NCBI GenBank assembly: GCA_951406725.2
Contig: OX597816.1
Coordinates: 157,232,001 to 157,296,000, forward strand
Length of the DNA: 64,000 nucleotides
Direction of reading: 5' to 3'
DNA from: Octopus vulgaris
Taxonomy: Eukaryota
Below the pieces are notes generated by a model, which ran no database searches, had not been told where the DNA came from, and was given only the letters and a program-made list of their open reading frames with translations. Each line of letters opens with the position of its first letter. Positions within the stretch are counted from its first letter, which is position 1. Of the stretch, positions 39,194 to 52,619 are shown piece after piece. Position numbers and translations under genes: made by a program.

Positions 39194-40369
39194 TGTTGGT
39201 TCCTCAGATGAGACGAACATTTATTTTGCTTTAGTAGTGGGTAATTTCGCGTTAATTAGCGACTTTTTAAGCTTTTCGGTTGTAATTTGCTAGAGTACGT
39301 TTTGTTTTCTCTGTGTATTTTGTTTCAATAATGGAAAGTTTTGATGAAAAATGTTTTAAGTTTCTGTTTTATTTATGATAGTGTATTCGGTGCACTAGAA
39401 ATGTTTTTTTTTTCTTTTGTAATTCTTCAGCATCTATTGCTTTGGCAATTTCTATTTCATTTTAAATTAATTTTCTTGGGTGCTATCTTTCAAGTAGTAT
39501 TTGTTTTAATTCTTAGATTGTTTTATATCGTATTTCAGGATACAAAACGATTGAAAGTACTCTTAGTGCTAGATTAAACGCTTTATTTATTTGCGTGTTT
39601 TTTTGGGGTTTTTTTGTGACAGGAAATAAATAGTAAGTAGTAGTTAAAGACTATTTGTAGTGGATGTTGGTTTCGATATTTGTGTTATTTTATTATTAAA
39701 ATATCAAATAAGGGTATCCATTGTGACATTTTAACCGTAGATTGCTGTTTATGTCATTAAGTAAGGCTTTTTAACTAAATTTGTTTGCGATCTTTAGTCT
39801 ACATAACGAAACGGACATCTAAGTAACGTAGACTTTAATCCAGCGTGTGATTTACAGACAAGTCCATAGACTGAATATAAGAGCTGATTGATATACAAAA
39901 CGACTAACATGTTAGATCTAGACTTTGTCTTCGCTCTCAAATTTTGATAGTCCAGGCGATTTAATTCAGAGTTTTTTTTATGATTTTATAGCAAGTTAAC
40001 CTCGAGTTGTTGTGGTCCAATACAATTTTTTTTTCAGTGTTTCTGTGGAAATATTTATCACTTTCAGATTTTCTTAATCTCGTGCTCCCGCCTCAGCTAA
40101 GGTCTTTCTGCTTTGTCATGAGGCTGACTATACATAAAGACTTTTGCAACTCTCTTGTCGCTCATTCTGACGCCATGACAAATCCGTCTTAATTGGGAAT
40201 GTAAAAAAAAAAAAGGATTCAGTAACACCAATTTTACATTTTGACAATAAGTTAAGCTGTATCCCAAAGGGGCTGCAGATATTACTTATGGAAGACATCC
40301 AGCATTAGGGAAACTGTATTTCTTGGATATGTATGTGTGTATGTATGTGTATATATGTATATGTATATG

Positions 40370-40416
<47 letters not shown>

Positions 40417-40895
40417 GTATATGTATGTATATTTTTTTATATATTTATGTATACGTATGTATAGTTATACTACAAATTTTGATAAGTATTTATAGTTTTG
40501 GTTATGATCACTAATTTTAGCTTATAATTATAAAGACATGGGAAAGACTTTATAGTATGTTGAGGGGTTACTATATAAATAATTTTTTTATATATTTATT
40601 AATCTTATAAGATTTTTAGAATATATTTAATAATTAGTGGTTTTTAATCATTTAGATCATTTAATTTATTTTGTATTAAGTTTCATTTATCATAGTTATT
40701 GTATTAATAAGTATTATAGAGAGATTTTATTCTTTATTTGTGACTTCATTCTATTTACAATTTTGATATAATCATAATTGTTAAGTTCTATGTTTCTAGT
40801 TTGATAATAGAGTTTATTATAAGTAAAATTATTATATTATTTATATCTTAAAAATATTGTTTAAATATTTCTGATTATATTTTACATATTTCAAT

Positions 40896-40962
40896 TACCT
40901 GAAGATTGACTGTAACCATAACTCGAATTATTACGAATTGGACAGCCATGAAACGATCGTAC
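40896..40962 (+). ncRNA. Hammerhead-like motif in an AT-rich PLE-type repeat (about 40560-41095)
   Basis: TAC-CTGAAGA-TTGACTGT...ACAGCCAT-GAAAC-GATC-GTA; the repeat ends at (TA)n. Confidence 0.45.
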
Positions 40963-41090
40963 TGTTTTACTAATTATCTTTTATTAAACTTTTAATACTT
41001 TTGATATATATTTAAAATAATATAAATTAATTAATTTTATGTATTGGCTTAAGTTTTTCATTGTTTGATTTGCCTAATAGTGGTTTTATC

Positions 41091-41176
<86 letters not shown>

Positions 41177-41389
41177 CAGGTAATGTAGGGTGTACGGACG
41201 GCAGAACACACTTGATACATTACAAGAGTATAAGAGTGCATATACTACATAGCTAAGTCGTCTCCAAAACAGATGTACTGCCAATTGTAGATGTAGCAGA
41301 TGGTTGTGAGATTGTTTCTCAAATCACTGTTGTTCATATTTGATATTTAGGTTAACTGAACGAATATTTATGTGTGAGCTATATATAAA

Positions 41390-42301
41390 AATCATTAAAA
41401 ATCATTTAAAATGTTTTAGCTCGAAGGGCGCGGCCATGCGGGGGCACCACCGCTGAATGAGCTACACTAATTTGTGAGTCCACCTCTGATACGTGGCACT
41501 TGATCAACAAGGGAGTTCGATGCTGCTGCCCGCATCCGCGTCTCCTGTCGTGAGGTAGGCTCATCTGGGACTCCCAACAAGAAGAGATCCAGTTTAGTTT
41601 TAAAGAAACCCACATCCACACCATGTAAGTCTCTCAGGCATTTAGGGAGGATGTTAAAGAGCTGTGGTCCTCTGAAACCCAAGCTGTTGCAGTATCTGGA
41701 CCTGTATTTTGATGGTGATGTTGGAATCCTTGGCACCATGCAGTGGCGCCCCGTTCTGCGGTTGGAGTAACTTTTAATGCCAAAGTTTGGGACAAGACCC
41801 TCCAGGATTTTCCAGATGTATATCACCGCATATCTCTCCCGCCTCCGCTCTAGGGAGAAGAGGTTTAATACCTTCAGTCTTTCCCAGTAGCTGATATTTT
41901 GCATTGAGACGATTTTCTTTGTGTAGCTTCTCTGAATTGCTTCGAGTTCTGCTGTTAGTTTTATATTGTGTGGTGACCAAAGTTGGGAGCAGTAGTCCAA
42001 GCGGCTGAGGACGAATGTTTTCCATAGGACCATCAGTGTCTCCTTCTCTCTTGTTCTGAAAGTTCGGAGAATCCATCCAGCTAGCCGTCTGCATTTTATC
42101 ACCAGATTAGCAATATGCATTTGGAAAGATGCATCATTGCTCATGTCAATGCCCAGGTCACGCACTGATTTTGACTCAGGGATTGCAATTCTTCCTGGGC
42201 CAGTGTATCCAGTCTTCACGTCATTTACCTTTGTGTGCCAGTAGCGCAGGGCCTGGAACTTACCTGCATTAAACTGCATGTTGTTGTCCTCAGCCCACCT
42301 G
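41390..42301 (-). mobile_element. 5'-truncated CR1-clade LINE 3' end with uninterrupted 270-aa ORF2 C-terminus
   Basis: WAEDNNMQFN..K, VRDLGI, LSRLDYCSQLWSP, SLERRRERY; short-repeat 3' tail (TTTTAAATGA-like); 5' end joins (TA)n. Confidence 0.9.
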
Positions 42302-42420
42302 TATATATATATATATTAGAAAAAATGAGGTAATCAGATCAGATGGTTCATATTTGTAGATATTTATTTATATATTACATTTTTTACATATATATCATAT
42401 CATTCAGATCATATCATTCG

Positions 42421-42459
42421 GATTAGCGCTTTCTCCCAATCTAGTGGGGTTTTCAAATC
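42421..42459 (-). ncRNA. Minimal hammerhead motif with U3-A8 variant core
   Basis: Minus strand GAT-TTGAAAA-C-CCCA(CTAGAT)TGGG-A-GAAAG-CG-CTA-ATC; palindromic AGCGCT stem III. Confidence 0.55.
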
Positions 42460-42578
42460 AAATCAATTGTGGGGAGTTTGAACATTTTATAGTTTCGTAG
42501 TAGTGCGGAGGAATAAGATATAGTACAAGAGGGTGAGGAGGAAGTGAGACAGAGAAAACATGTGTGTATGTGTGTGTG

Positions 42579-42633
<55 letters not shown>

Positions 42634-42911
42634 TTATATCTGAGAGGGAAGAAGTGTTATTTCCGCGTTGGTCTACTGGACCTCCTGTGGTTTTATAAGA
42701 ACTTGGCTGTCCATTTCGATGTCACTGAGTGTGTGTTGTGCGTAGGTTGGCCTGACAAATGTCATTTGGGGTCACACTTTCTATGATCATTTTGTGGAGG
42801 TGTGTGTGTGTGTGTGTGTCTCTGTGTGTCCGTGTGTGTTTGTGTGTGTGTGTGTGTGTGTCTGTGTCTGTGTGTTTGGAGAAGGGGAGAGAGACAATAT
42901 ATATATATATT

Positions 42912-43021
42912 GGCTTCAGTCCCACTAAATGGCACCTTGGGCAAGTGTCTTCTCCAATAGCTTGGGGCAGACCAAAGCCTTGTGAGTGGATTTGGTATAC
43001 AGATACTGAAAGAGGACCATC

Positions 43022-43078
<57 letters not shown>

Positions 43079-43300
43079 TGTGTGTGTGTATGTGTGTCTG
43101 TTTGTTCCCCTACTATCGCTTGACAACCGATGTCGGTGTGTTTACGTTCTTGTAACTTAACGGTTCGGCAAAAGACACCCATAGAATAAATACTAGGCTT
43201 ACAAGGAATAAGTCCTGGAGTCGATTTGTTCGACTAAAAGCTGCGCTCCAGCATGGCCGCAGTCAAATAACTGAAACAAAGAAAAGAATAAAAGAATAAA
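42912..43300 (+). mobile_element. SINE family B, 5'-truncated
   Basis: Matches 25408-25801 from TTCAGTCCCAC onward. Confidence 0.85.
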
Positions 43301-43304
43301 AGTA

Positions 43305-43395
<91 letters not shown>

Positions 43396-43614
43396 TCTGT
43401 AGATTATATATTTGTAAAACAAGCACATTTTAGAAGTTAGAGCGTTCTTTACTGGAAATTAATTATATGGCCGCCCATTTGAATCTGACGAGTCGTCTAT
43501 AAGACTAAGCGTTTTATGGTTGCGAAACCCTTTCATTACTCTATGACTGGCCACATAATTTATTTCCTGTTATGATATATAAATGTGTGTGTGTTTGTAT
43601 CACACAAACACCTG

Positions 43615-43651
<37 letters not shown>

Positions 43652-43665
43652 ATGTGTGTGTGTGT

Positions 43666-43729
<64 letters not shown>

Positions 43730-45149
43730 CAAAATTTCGTTGTGATACATAGATTGAGATATAGAATGAAGCTTTGATCATTTGAAGGAAAATGTGTTTG
43801 CTACGAGGAAAATTTAGAACTGATATCGTGTACATTTCTTGACGCTTTATTGATTACACGAACTTTTTTAAAAACTAAAATATGAGAAACCATGCAAATG
43901 TTCATATAATTATATCAGTCTATATTGAAAAGATGCGAATATTTTCAATGCACTGTCTTATTACATATCTAATCCTGATTGCTTATATCTATTGCCAACA
44001 CATTTATTAATGTCCGTCTAAATTTATAAAATGAAATATTCTAATTCTCTTTTGAGTGAACTACCCATGTTGTTTTCTCTGACTGTACACAGCATTCACA
44101 TATTGTTTTCTTGAATGAAATCTAGGTTGTGCTTTCATACCACCTGTGTCGTTCTGTTTCTTGATCTATCCATAGGTTTCGCACAAGATATATTTTATAA
44201 TGTATCTCGCATGCCTAACTGTACTGCGTAGCTCACACTTCATTGCCCTAATAGAGACGAAGTCAAGACTTCTAAGAGCATACATAGAAGCCATCCTTGT
44301 ATATGACTGAGTTTTCTGGGATAAAAAGAAAACAAACTCGTAGAAAATCGGATCGCCGTTGGATAGATATGGTTATATAGACAAATTTTGAAGATGTTCA
44401 ATGTATATATAGTGACAAATGTCGAAATACTTAAATGAGAAATAAACCAACAGAAAGCCTTTTAAGAACACAAAAGAACAGGAAATTTCATTGGATATAA
44501 GAAGAAAAATCCCGAATGATTCGTAACAACTACGAAGCCAACAGAAAGAGGAAAATAAACGGAAAACATGACCAATGTCCCTACCAGCTGGCTACAGAAA
44601 GACCAGTCTGCTAAATTGATACATTGTGTGAGAGGTATGGGAGGATGGTGATAGATAATTACTGACGTTGTAAGTCTCTTTGGTGATATCGAGGTAGTTA
44701 AATGGCCAATCATTCGTTAGCCTTAGAAACGACTTAAACCACACTCTGAATTTTCCTGGTTCCAAGTTCAAAATACGGCGAGTGATTTCCATAACGTAAC
44801 AACTGATTATTCGCCTTTTAGAAAGCTAAATGAGAGGTTGACACATTAATACAGCTTCATGTCACCCAACCATAGTGTTCCGAAACCTAGTGAATATGGT
44901 CAACGGAAGAAATATAAAACAGATTTTCGACGCCGCGGTACCATACTACAGCGAGACCTTGCTCTTTTAATGGCATTATTAGTTGCACGCTTGATCCTCG
45001 CTACACCAATAGAAAGTGTCACCGGAACGTTTTGTGGTTCACATCCTACTTTTCTCTGACCGCAAAAGTTTGCTTAGTTAAGATCTTTCTTAGTTTAATG
45101 GACAGATATTTTACACGTACGAATAGGTTCCGCATAATACTGAATAGAC

Positions 45150-45625
45150 AAACATTAAACGATTTTTGTAGATGAAATCCTAGTATAAATATAATATTGT
45201 GGGTCCACACTTGAGACAGAAGCAGAATATCCATGCGGAAGCAAAACTACACGTTCCCTCATTGACAAATTCAACACAGAGGCCGTCGAGTATTAGGCAG
45301 CGGTGATGTCTAAGGACACCTCTTCGGACGGATATATACGCGGAGGTATGTAGATATGACAGAAGGTTCTGAAAACTCCTAAAATACAAGGAGAAACAGG
45401 TCACAACCTTGGATGGACATGAATGGTCCATGAAGGAAAGCATTAAAATTAACATCAAGTAGAATGTGCTGGAGAAATGCAAGCCTTATATCATTGGTAC
45501 TAGGAGATGTATGTTAGGCCTTGCAGAGTAAAGTACCATGCTAAAAATCTGTCTTCACCCGGACTCGTACCTAAACTACAAGTGCAAGGTTTTCCACTCT
45601 TACCCATATGAAAGCAAGTATGTGA
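45150..45625 (+). mobile_element. Penelope-like GIY-YIG endonuclease remnant (Cys-rich C-terminal type)
   Basis: Frame with stops: TTLDGHEWSMKE..IK*NVLEKCKPYIIGTRRCMLGLAE*..ML....SYLNYK, matching the T.LS...W.LK...I.W.IL.....Y.....C.LCL.EK..I....LN pattern. Confidence 0.65.
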
Positions 45626-45949
45626 TAGGTTACGCCCGGACTTCACCATGATCATAAACTTTAGGACTTCTACCACCAAACTTGAATGTTCAGTACATCG
45701 AACATTTAACACTTAAACAGACAGGACCATATATACATATCAACCCTCCAGCAGACATACCCATACACTCTTTACAGGCAGTTCTCAATCACTCCTGATG
45801 ATGTCTACCCCTCATCGTATCCTACAGGTTTGTTTCGACTTCTTTGCAACACTCACAAGCTGGATTTGATATTTGCTTACCCCCAGTAATGGAGAGCTGC
45901 TGCGAAGTTTACTTCTTCTTTTCCATATCGAGAGGTGCAGTGTTAAGGA

Positions 45950-46840
45950 ATCATCTTGTTACCGAATTCATGTGCAGAATTTGTGAGCAGAAATTAATCC
46001 TCTCTGTTCACTCCTTTGCCCCAAATGGACTCAACTCACCTCCACTCTTCGTCTGACACCAACCTCACCCCCACTCTTCAATTGATACCAACCCCGTACC
46101 ACTCCACACATACTAGCACTGACCACTTCCCAGCACCCACACCACACAATCTTTAATAGCGTCGCCACACATACCACTACATGAGCAGCCACACACACTG
46201 TTTAACTCAGTACATACACACGACCATCATGCACACTCCCACACCCACACAAACACATAATACCTAAACACAGGCTGTATATACATACACACGCAACATA
46301 TATAGACAAAGATGACTTTCGCCCACATATATTCACCATACACATGAACACTGTTTGGTCACAGGCATGCACACACACACAAACAAACACACACACACAC
46401 ACATACACACAAACACACACAAACACACATACACACGTTACACACGCTCACATTCACACACGTCAGAGTCACTCACCACTATTCATACATACACACATAC
46501 ACAATCACACACCATTCTCTCATAGACACCAACGCACGAGCACTTTGTATTGTTGGGAATACTAGCACTTTATTATCTCCCTTTCATTCAACATCTTTTT
46601 AATTATTCTTAGCTCCCTTTCTTTCAACCACTTTTTTCTCAATCATCTGCCATGCTGGACCGCTGAAATCTACAAGTTTTTCTTTTTTTTCACTCTCTAT
46701 TTTCTCTACTCCTTTCTGTTGAAGAGCGTAAGCTCGAAAGGTAAAAGACTTTTTTAATTTTTCCGAGCATCAAACTAATACACTTGCTTGTTGTTCATAC
46801 ACCTACCATCGTCTTTCGTTTTTGCATAAATTTCAACTAT
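45950..46840 (+). mobile_element. 5'-truncated Penelope-like element: GIY-YIG C-terminus, CA-rich 3' region, pLTR with hammerhead (46712-46747)
   Basis: ORF end RICEQKLILSVHSFAPNGLNS (E..LI....P.GLN motif); downstream CTTT-CTGTTGA-A-GAGCGTAAGCTC-GAAAGGTA-AAAG, homologous to the 8.4, 19.5 and 20.8 kb repeats. Confidence 0.7.
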
Positions 46841-47094
46841 ATCTATCTATCTATCTATCTATTATACATATACGAGTAGAGCGGTGGGATATAAGCGTAG
46901 TAAATATGCGTGTCCTAGATATATACTATTAAGTCTCTGGAAGGTTGACTATCGTGCACAAGAAAACTTTTAGAATTTATACAGACGGATAATTTTTTTG
47001 ATTCTTTTCTAAGAAGAAATGTAATTCTACTGTATCGATGAGATCGAGGCAGCTGAATTATTTTTCTTACCGTCATTTAGACCTAGGTACTTTT

Positions 47095-47590
<496 letters not shown>

Positions 47591-48444
47591 TTCATGAAGA
47601 TGTATAATAAAAACTGTTCTGTCCATGGACCTCCTATATGTATGTATGACTAAGACTAAAATATTCAACGAACGTGTTTCGAGATTGTAGGATGTGATCT
47701 GATGGCTATTTGACTGATCCTGCAAGCAGACCGAGTGACTACGAAGAATGACACGTGGTGATTAGACGAAACTGCTTCGTAAGATTAGGAGCATTTTCCA
47801 TAAATAACGAAACTATCAAAATTAATCTGAATTGATATATTTACCAAGTTATATCCTTGTTACCGTACACACATATCTTCAGAAGACGGTGTGATTACGT
47901 TAGTATGTGTGAATGAATGGGTCTGGGTATAATTAAATACAACGATTATGCAAAAATATCGGAGGTGGAAATGTGATTCATTTCCAAAACAAACATTTCA
48001 CTTTAATCTTCTGAACAACAAAGAACATCGATATTGATAATTAATAAAGAACAGACAAGACTGAAGCAAATAACATCATCAGTAACAAGCAAACAAAAGT
48101 AATGAATAAATAGACAAATTTACAATAAATAAATAAATATAAAACGGGAATTTCTATCGCGTCACTTATATTTCTTTACGAGTATGCCACCACACTCATC
48201 GACAAATTCCATGCCGTCTTTAATATTTCCACTGTATATTTCCTGACCTAAATGACAGGACTTTCCTTTACAAGCAAAACTCCGATGACATTGGTTAAAA
48301 GACTAACATAACACTTACGTCAATTTAAATTGACGTTCTGGACATCATATAATCTATAAGTTTTTGACTGCCCTTAAGATTCAGTCTTCTTCCTCCGGGC
48401 TATACGTCTATTTAAACAGTGATAATAAATGCAAATAATTTTCG

Positions 48445-48860
48445 AATGTTGACACAAGGCTAGCAATTTCGGGTGAAGAGATCAGTTGATTACATCGACT
48501 CCCCTCTTCACCTAGTACATATTTTATCAACCCCGAAAGAATGAAAACAAAAGTCGACCTCAGCCGCATTTGAACTCAGAACGTAAAGATGAACGAAATG
48601 CCGCTAACGCTTCTGCCACTTCGCCATCTTAATGTTACTTAATATTAGCAGTAACAAAAGCGACGAGCTGGCTGAATCGTTAGCATACCGGGCAAAATGC
48701 TTAAGCGGTAATTCGTCTGTCTGTACGTTCTGGTCGACTTTGCCTTTCATACTTTCGGGGTCGATAAATTAAGTACCAGTTGAACAATGGAATCGATATA
48801 ATCGACTAACACCATACCCCAAAATTCTTGGCCGTGTGACATAATTTGAGACCAATATTA
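48445..48860. mobile_element. Head-to-head pair of SINE family A copies (48445-48630 minus; 48657-48860 plus)
   Basis: AAAGTCGACCTCAG...GAACTCAGAACGTA followed closely by GAGCTGGCTGAATCGTTAGCA...GGTCGACTTTGCC. Confidence 0.8.
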
Positions 48861-49908
48861 GCAACAGCAATTTTGTTGGCAAACGTTACAGTAATGACAA
48901 AATCTGTGACAAATAACAGATATAAAAACCAGGTGAGAAAGAGCCGATTTCTTTATTTTCTCATACATGTATCGCTGTAGTGAAATCAGTACAACCTGGA
49001 TAGGATTCAGACGTAAATTAAAATGTATTTTTTAAGTTTTATATATTTTAAACCGCCCATTATTGATCATCGAGTTTTCTACATTTAGAACTCAAAACCT
49101 TTTCATAGACTGAAAAAGGAGAGCCGCTCTCGTTAAATCTACATTGAAAGTGGATTCATCGGAGAAATTAATGGTTCCTAACTCATAATTTATACTTTAT
49201 CACTTGCCTAATCAGTGGAAGATGTAAAGTATTTTCAGCTCTTTTCAGGATCTTTAAGATGTGTAGGGAAAAGATAGGGAGCTATAGACAGATGGAACAC
49301 TTCGTTGTAGGGGTTATCTCGTAGGGGTTATCTTTTCGAGCCTACTGGCTAATTAGACTAGAACTTATTCCATTTTCTGTTAAGTATAGGTGACTGAGAA
49401 TACAAGTGGCGCTCTTAACGAGACACGAGTCCGTAACATAAACACTGTTTACCAACAATCCTTGGTTCTCATTCACAGCCGAGTTCTTCTGAAGCAGCAT
49501 TAAACGAAATAACATATTCAAGAACACACCACTTCCTGTTTCAAGAAGTGAACCAACGATTCAAGCCACAGGCCTAACACCTAAACTACAAGGTCATAGT
49601 CCTTCGGGTGACTGAACTGGTAAGTAATAGGGAACCTCTTTATCACTTCTGTTTACGGTGGTGAGCTGGCAAAATCGTTAGCACATCAAGATAAAAATCT
49701 TTGAGAAATTTGCTCCAGGTTTTTGAAGTTCAAATCCTGCTGAGGCCACTTCGGTATTTCTTCCTTTCGAGGTCGATAAAATAAAGTATTTGTCAAGTAC
49801 TGGAGGCTTATGGTATTAACTAACTGCCTCATCTCAAATTTGTTGGGTTTACTTCAAAAATAAAACAATCACTCATCTTTCTATCGTAAACCTTAGAGCA
49901 TCTGTATA

Positions 49909-50141
49909 CAGTAATCTGTTGATCATCGCGTCTGTTACATTCCAAAATCCCCAGCAATAGGTGAAAACCCATGAAGTAAAAACAGTACTGCATATATTTT
50001 TTTTATTATTCTTATAATTTGTATTTATTTATTTTATTATAAATGCAAAACAACACCACAAAGGAATCGACGTAAGCTTAAATAATAAACCGCGATAGGT
50101 GAACCGCGAAAGGTGAACCGCGATATGGTGAGGGATTACTG
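49909..50141. mobile_element. Tc1/pogo (Tigger-like) MITE
   Basis: TA|CAGTAATC ... GGGATTACTG|TA termini; subterminal AACCGCGA repeats (x3). Confidence 0.75.
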
Positions 50142-50564
50142 TAATCACCTTGTCTCTATTTTCAGTTAAGAAATCCGTTTAGTTTTCTATTTAATTTCTT
50201 TTTCGCCTTTTTTTGTTGTTGTTGTTGATGTTTTTTTTTCTAATGTGAATCTCGGTTGTAACTTGTGTAATTGCTAGCGTTTTGAAAGTTTTATCACAAG
50301 GTGAGCTCGCCTTGCAGAGACATCCCGCTAATATCTAAATATCCTACACTTCTATACAACACAATATTCCACGATGATAGCAATGGTGAAAACTCGATAA
50401 TTTGTTTGCCAGAAAAAGAAAAATTAAAATAGTTTTCTAAATTACCATTTCCAAAACAGAATGGAAAAAAAAAAATTTGTTTTCTCCCAAGATTATATTT
50501 TACGTTCAATATTTCAACATTTCCAACAACGGATAATAATAAAAATAATAACAACAACAACAAC

Positions 50565-50621
<57 letters not shown>

Positions 50622-52319
50622 CAGAACTATATTTTAAGACTTGTTTTATATTAGACATATAAAATAGTAAAAGGAACGTCACAAAATGACCTCCTCTCTT
50701 TCTGTCTTTGTTTCATGCTGTTAGCTTCTACATTCACATCTTCCTCTCCTCTATCCTCTCTTTTCACACATCACCCCCGCTCCTCCACGGTTTTTTCCAA
50801 TTCTTTCTCTTCCTTCTTCTCAGCTACGAATTTTCACTAATGTTGGAGCCCCGCACTAAATATCTCCTTGCTTCAATATTTTAGTATTTTTAATTAAAAT
50901 ACAAGAAGACGCTTGCCTTCATTTCAGTCGCCTGCATTCCGCTTTCTTTCTCTCCCGAGAATCCTTAGTCTTGTGTCTCAATAATAGAAATCACCATCAT
51001 CGCCATCCTCATCTTCCTTCCCCCTCTTCCTTTTCTTCTTCGTCTCATCATCACCACCACCACCACTGCATATTTATCTTCATTACCTCTTTTCAGTAAT
51101 TGATACTATCTTGTTTCGTGGTTAGGCCAGCTGCACCTCCTGTACTTCTTGTATAGTGTGGAACCTTATCTTCTGTGAAACTAGGATGATTTCATCTGAT
51201 TTAGTTTGTTGTAAATGTTGTTTTATTATTCATATGTAATTGTTTTATTTTGCTTTTTGCTGTTGTAAATATTGTAATAATATAGGGAGGTGATTGGTCA
51301 CGACATATACTTTGTGAGTTAAGTTACTGATAGTGGCTTGTGCAGAATGCTTACTTTGCCTTGAACAACTCAGTTTTTATTCTCTAAAATTGTACTCTCT
51401 AGTATAGCCATTACAATTTTGTTCATAATCGTTTTATTCAAAACCGCAAAACTAGATATTTTGTATAACTTGTTATATTTTCATACTTGACATCTTATTG
51501 AAATGTAATTGTATTTTAATACTCTTCTGACATCCATCATAACAGTATTGTGGACAGGAGTACATAAAGAATGTGTATGCCTATAGACGTCAAATTGATG
51601 TTTACTAGCGTAGATATAGTCTTTGATTATGATATTCAGGTTGTTCTTTATCTTGTAATTTTGAATAGGAATTCCTCAGTATATCATAGCCATAAATTGT
51701 AACTCACTTGGTTTAATAGGACTGTGTATCCTTTATTATCATATGCAACCATTTGTAAATTACCCGATATTTATAGCTCTCTGTATGGCTATATAAACAG
51801 TTTTCGTGATCTGTGTACCCGGAAATATGATCGATATTTTCGGAAATTAATAACATGATCTAAACTTACTGCTAACCTTTTGTCTGCTTTAGTAATATTA
51901 GCTGCTGCTCATGATTCTACAGTTTTTGGCGACGAATTAGCAGAGTCGTTAGAGCATCGGACAGAATGCTACGTTGTATTTGTTCCGAATCTCTAATTTC
52001 TGAGTTCGAATCCCACCGAGGCCAAATCTGCTTTTCATCCTTTCAGAGTCGATAGAAAAGCATCGATCTAAAGCAGGAGATTTACAGGACTGTATGGACG
52101 ATGGACCGTTATTTACTCCGGCTCTTTGCATTCTGAGTTCAAGACCTTTTGCGTGGTAGAAATAACTTGTCAACCATCCCCGGCATTTTAGGTGCCTTTA
52201 GCGGAGTCTTCTATCGTGCAAGCATTCAAGCCAGGTTTCCAGTTTTGCAAAGTTTCTTTCCTTGCCCCTTGTCACCTAACATAGTCCATTGACATTGCCC
52301 TAACACCAGAGTAAAAGAT

Positions 52320-52547
52320 ATATTTCTTTATTGCCCACAAGGGGCTAAACATAGAGGGGACAAACAAAGACAGACAAAGGGATTAAGTCGATTACATCGA
52401 CCACAGTGCGTAACTGGTACTTTATTTATCTACCCCGAAAGGATGAAAGGTAAAGTCGACCTCGGTGGAATTTGAACTCAGAACGTAGCGGCAGACGAAA
52501 TACTGCCAAGCATTTCGCCCGGCGTGCTAACGTTTCTGCCAGCTCGA
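52320..52547 (-). mobile_element. Young SINE family A copy
   Basis: Close reverse-complement match to 38958-39193. Confidence 0.9.
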
Positions 52548-52619
52548 TAAAAGTAAAGACAGTTTAATCCTGATCAACAAGGACCTTATAACGAAGAAAG
52601 TCTTAACAGGATTTACATC

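Noticed and set aside
48310-48415. Possible minus-strand exon (GTAAGT donor) overlapping the 20-bp palindrome ACGTCAATTTAAATTGACGT
   Set aside because: All three frames contain stops; cannot be supported without RNA data.
51050-51900. Possible degraded R4/Dong-like 3' fragment on the minus strand
   Set aside because: Peptide traces too fragmentary to call.
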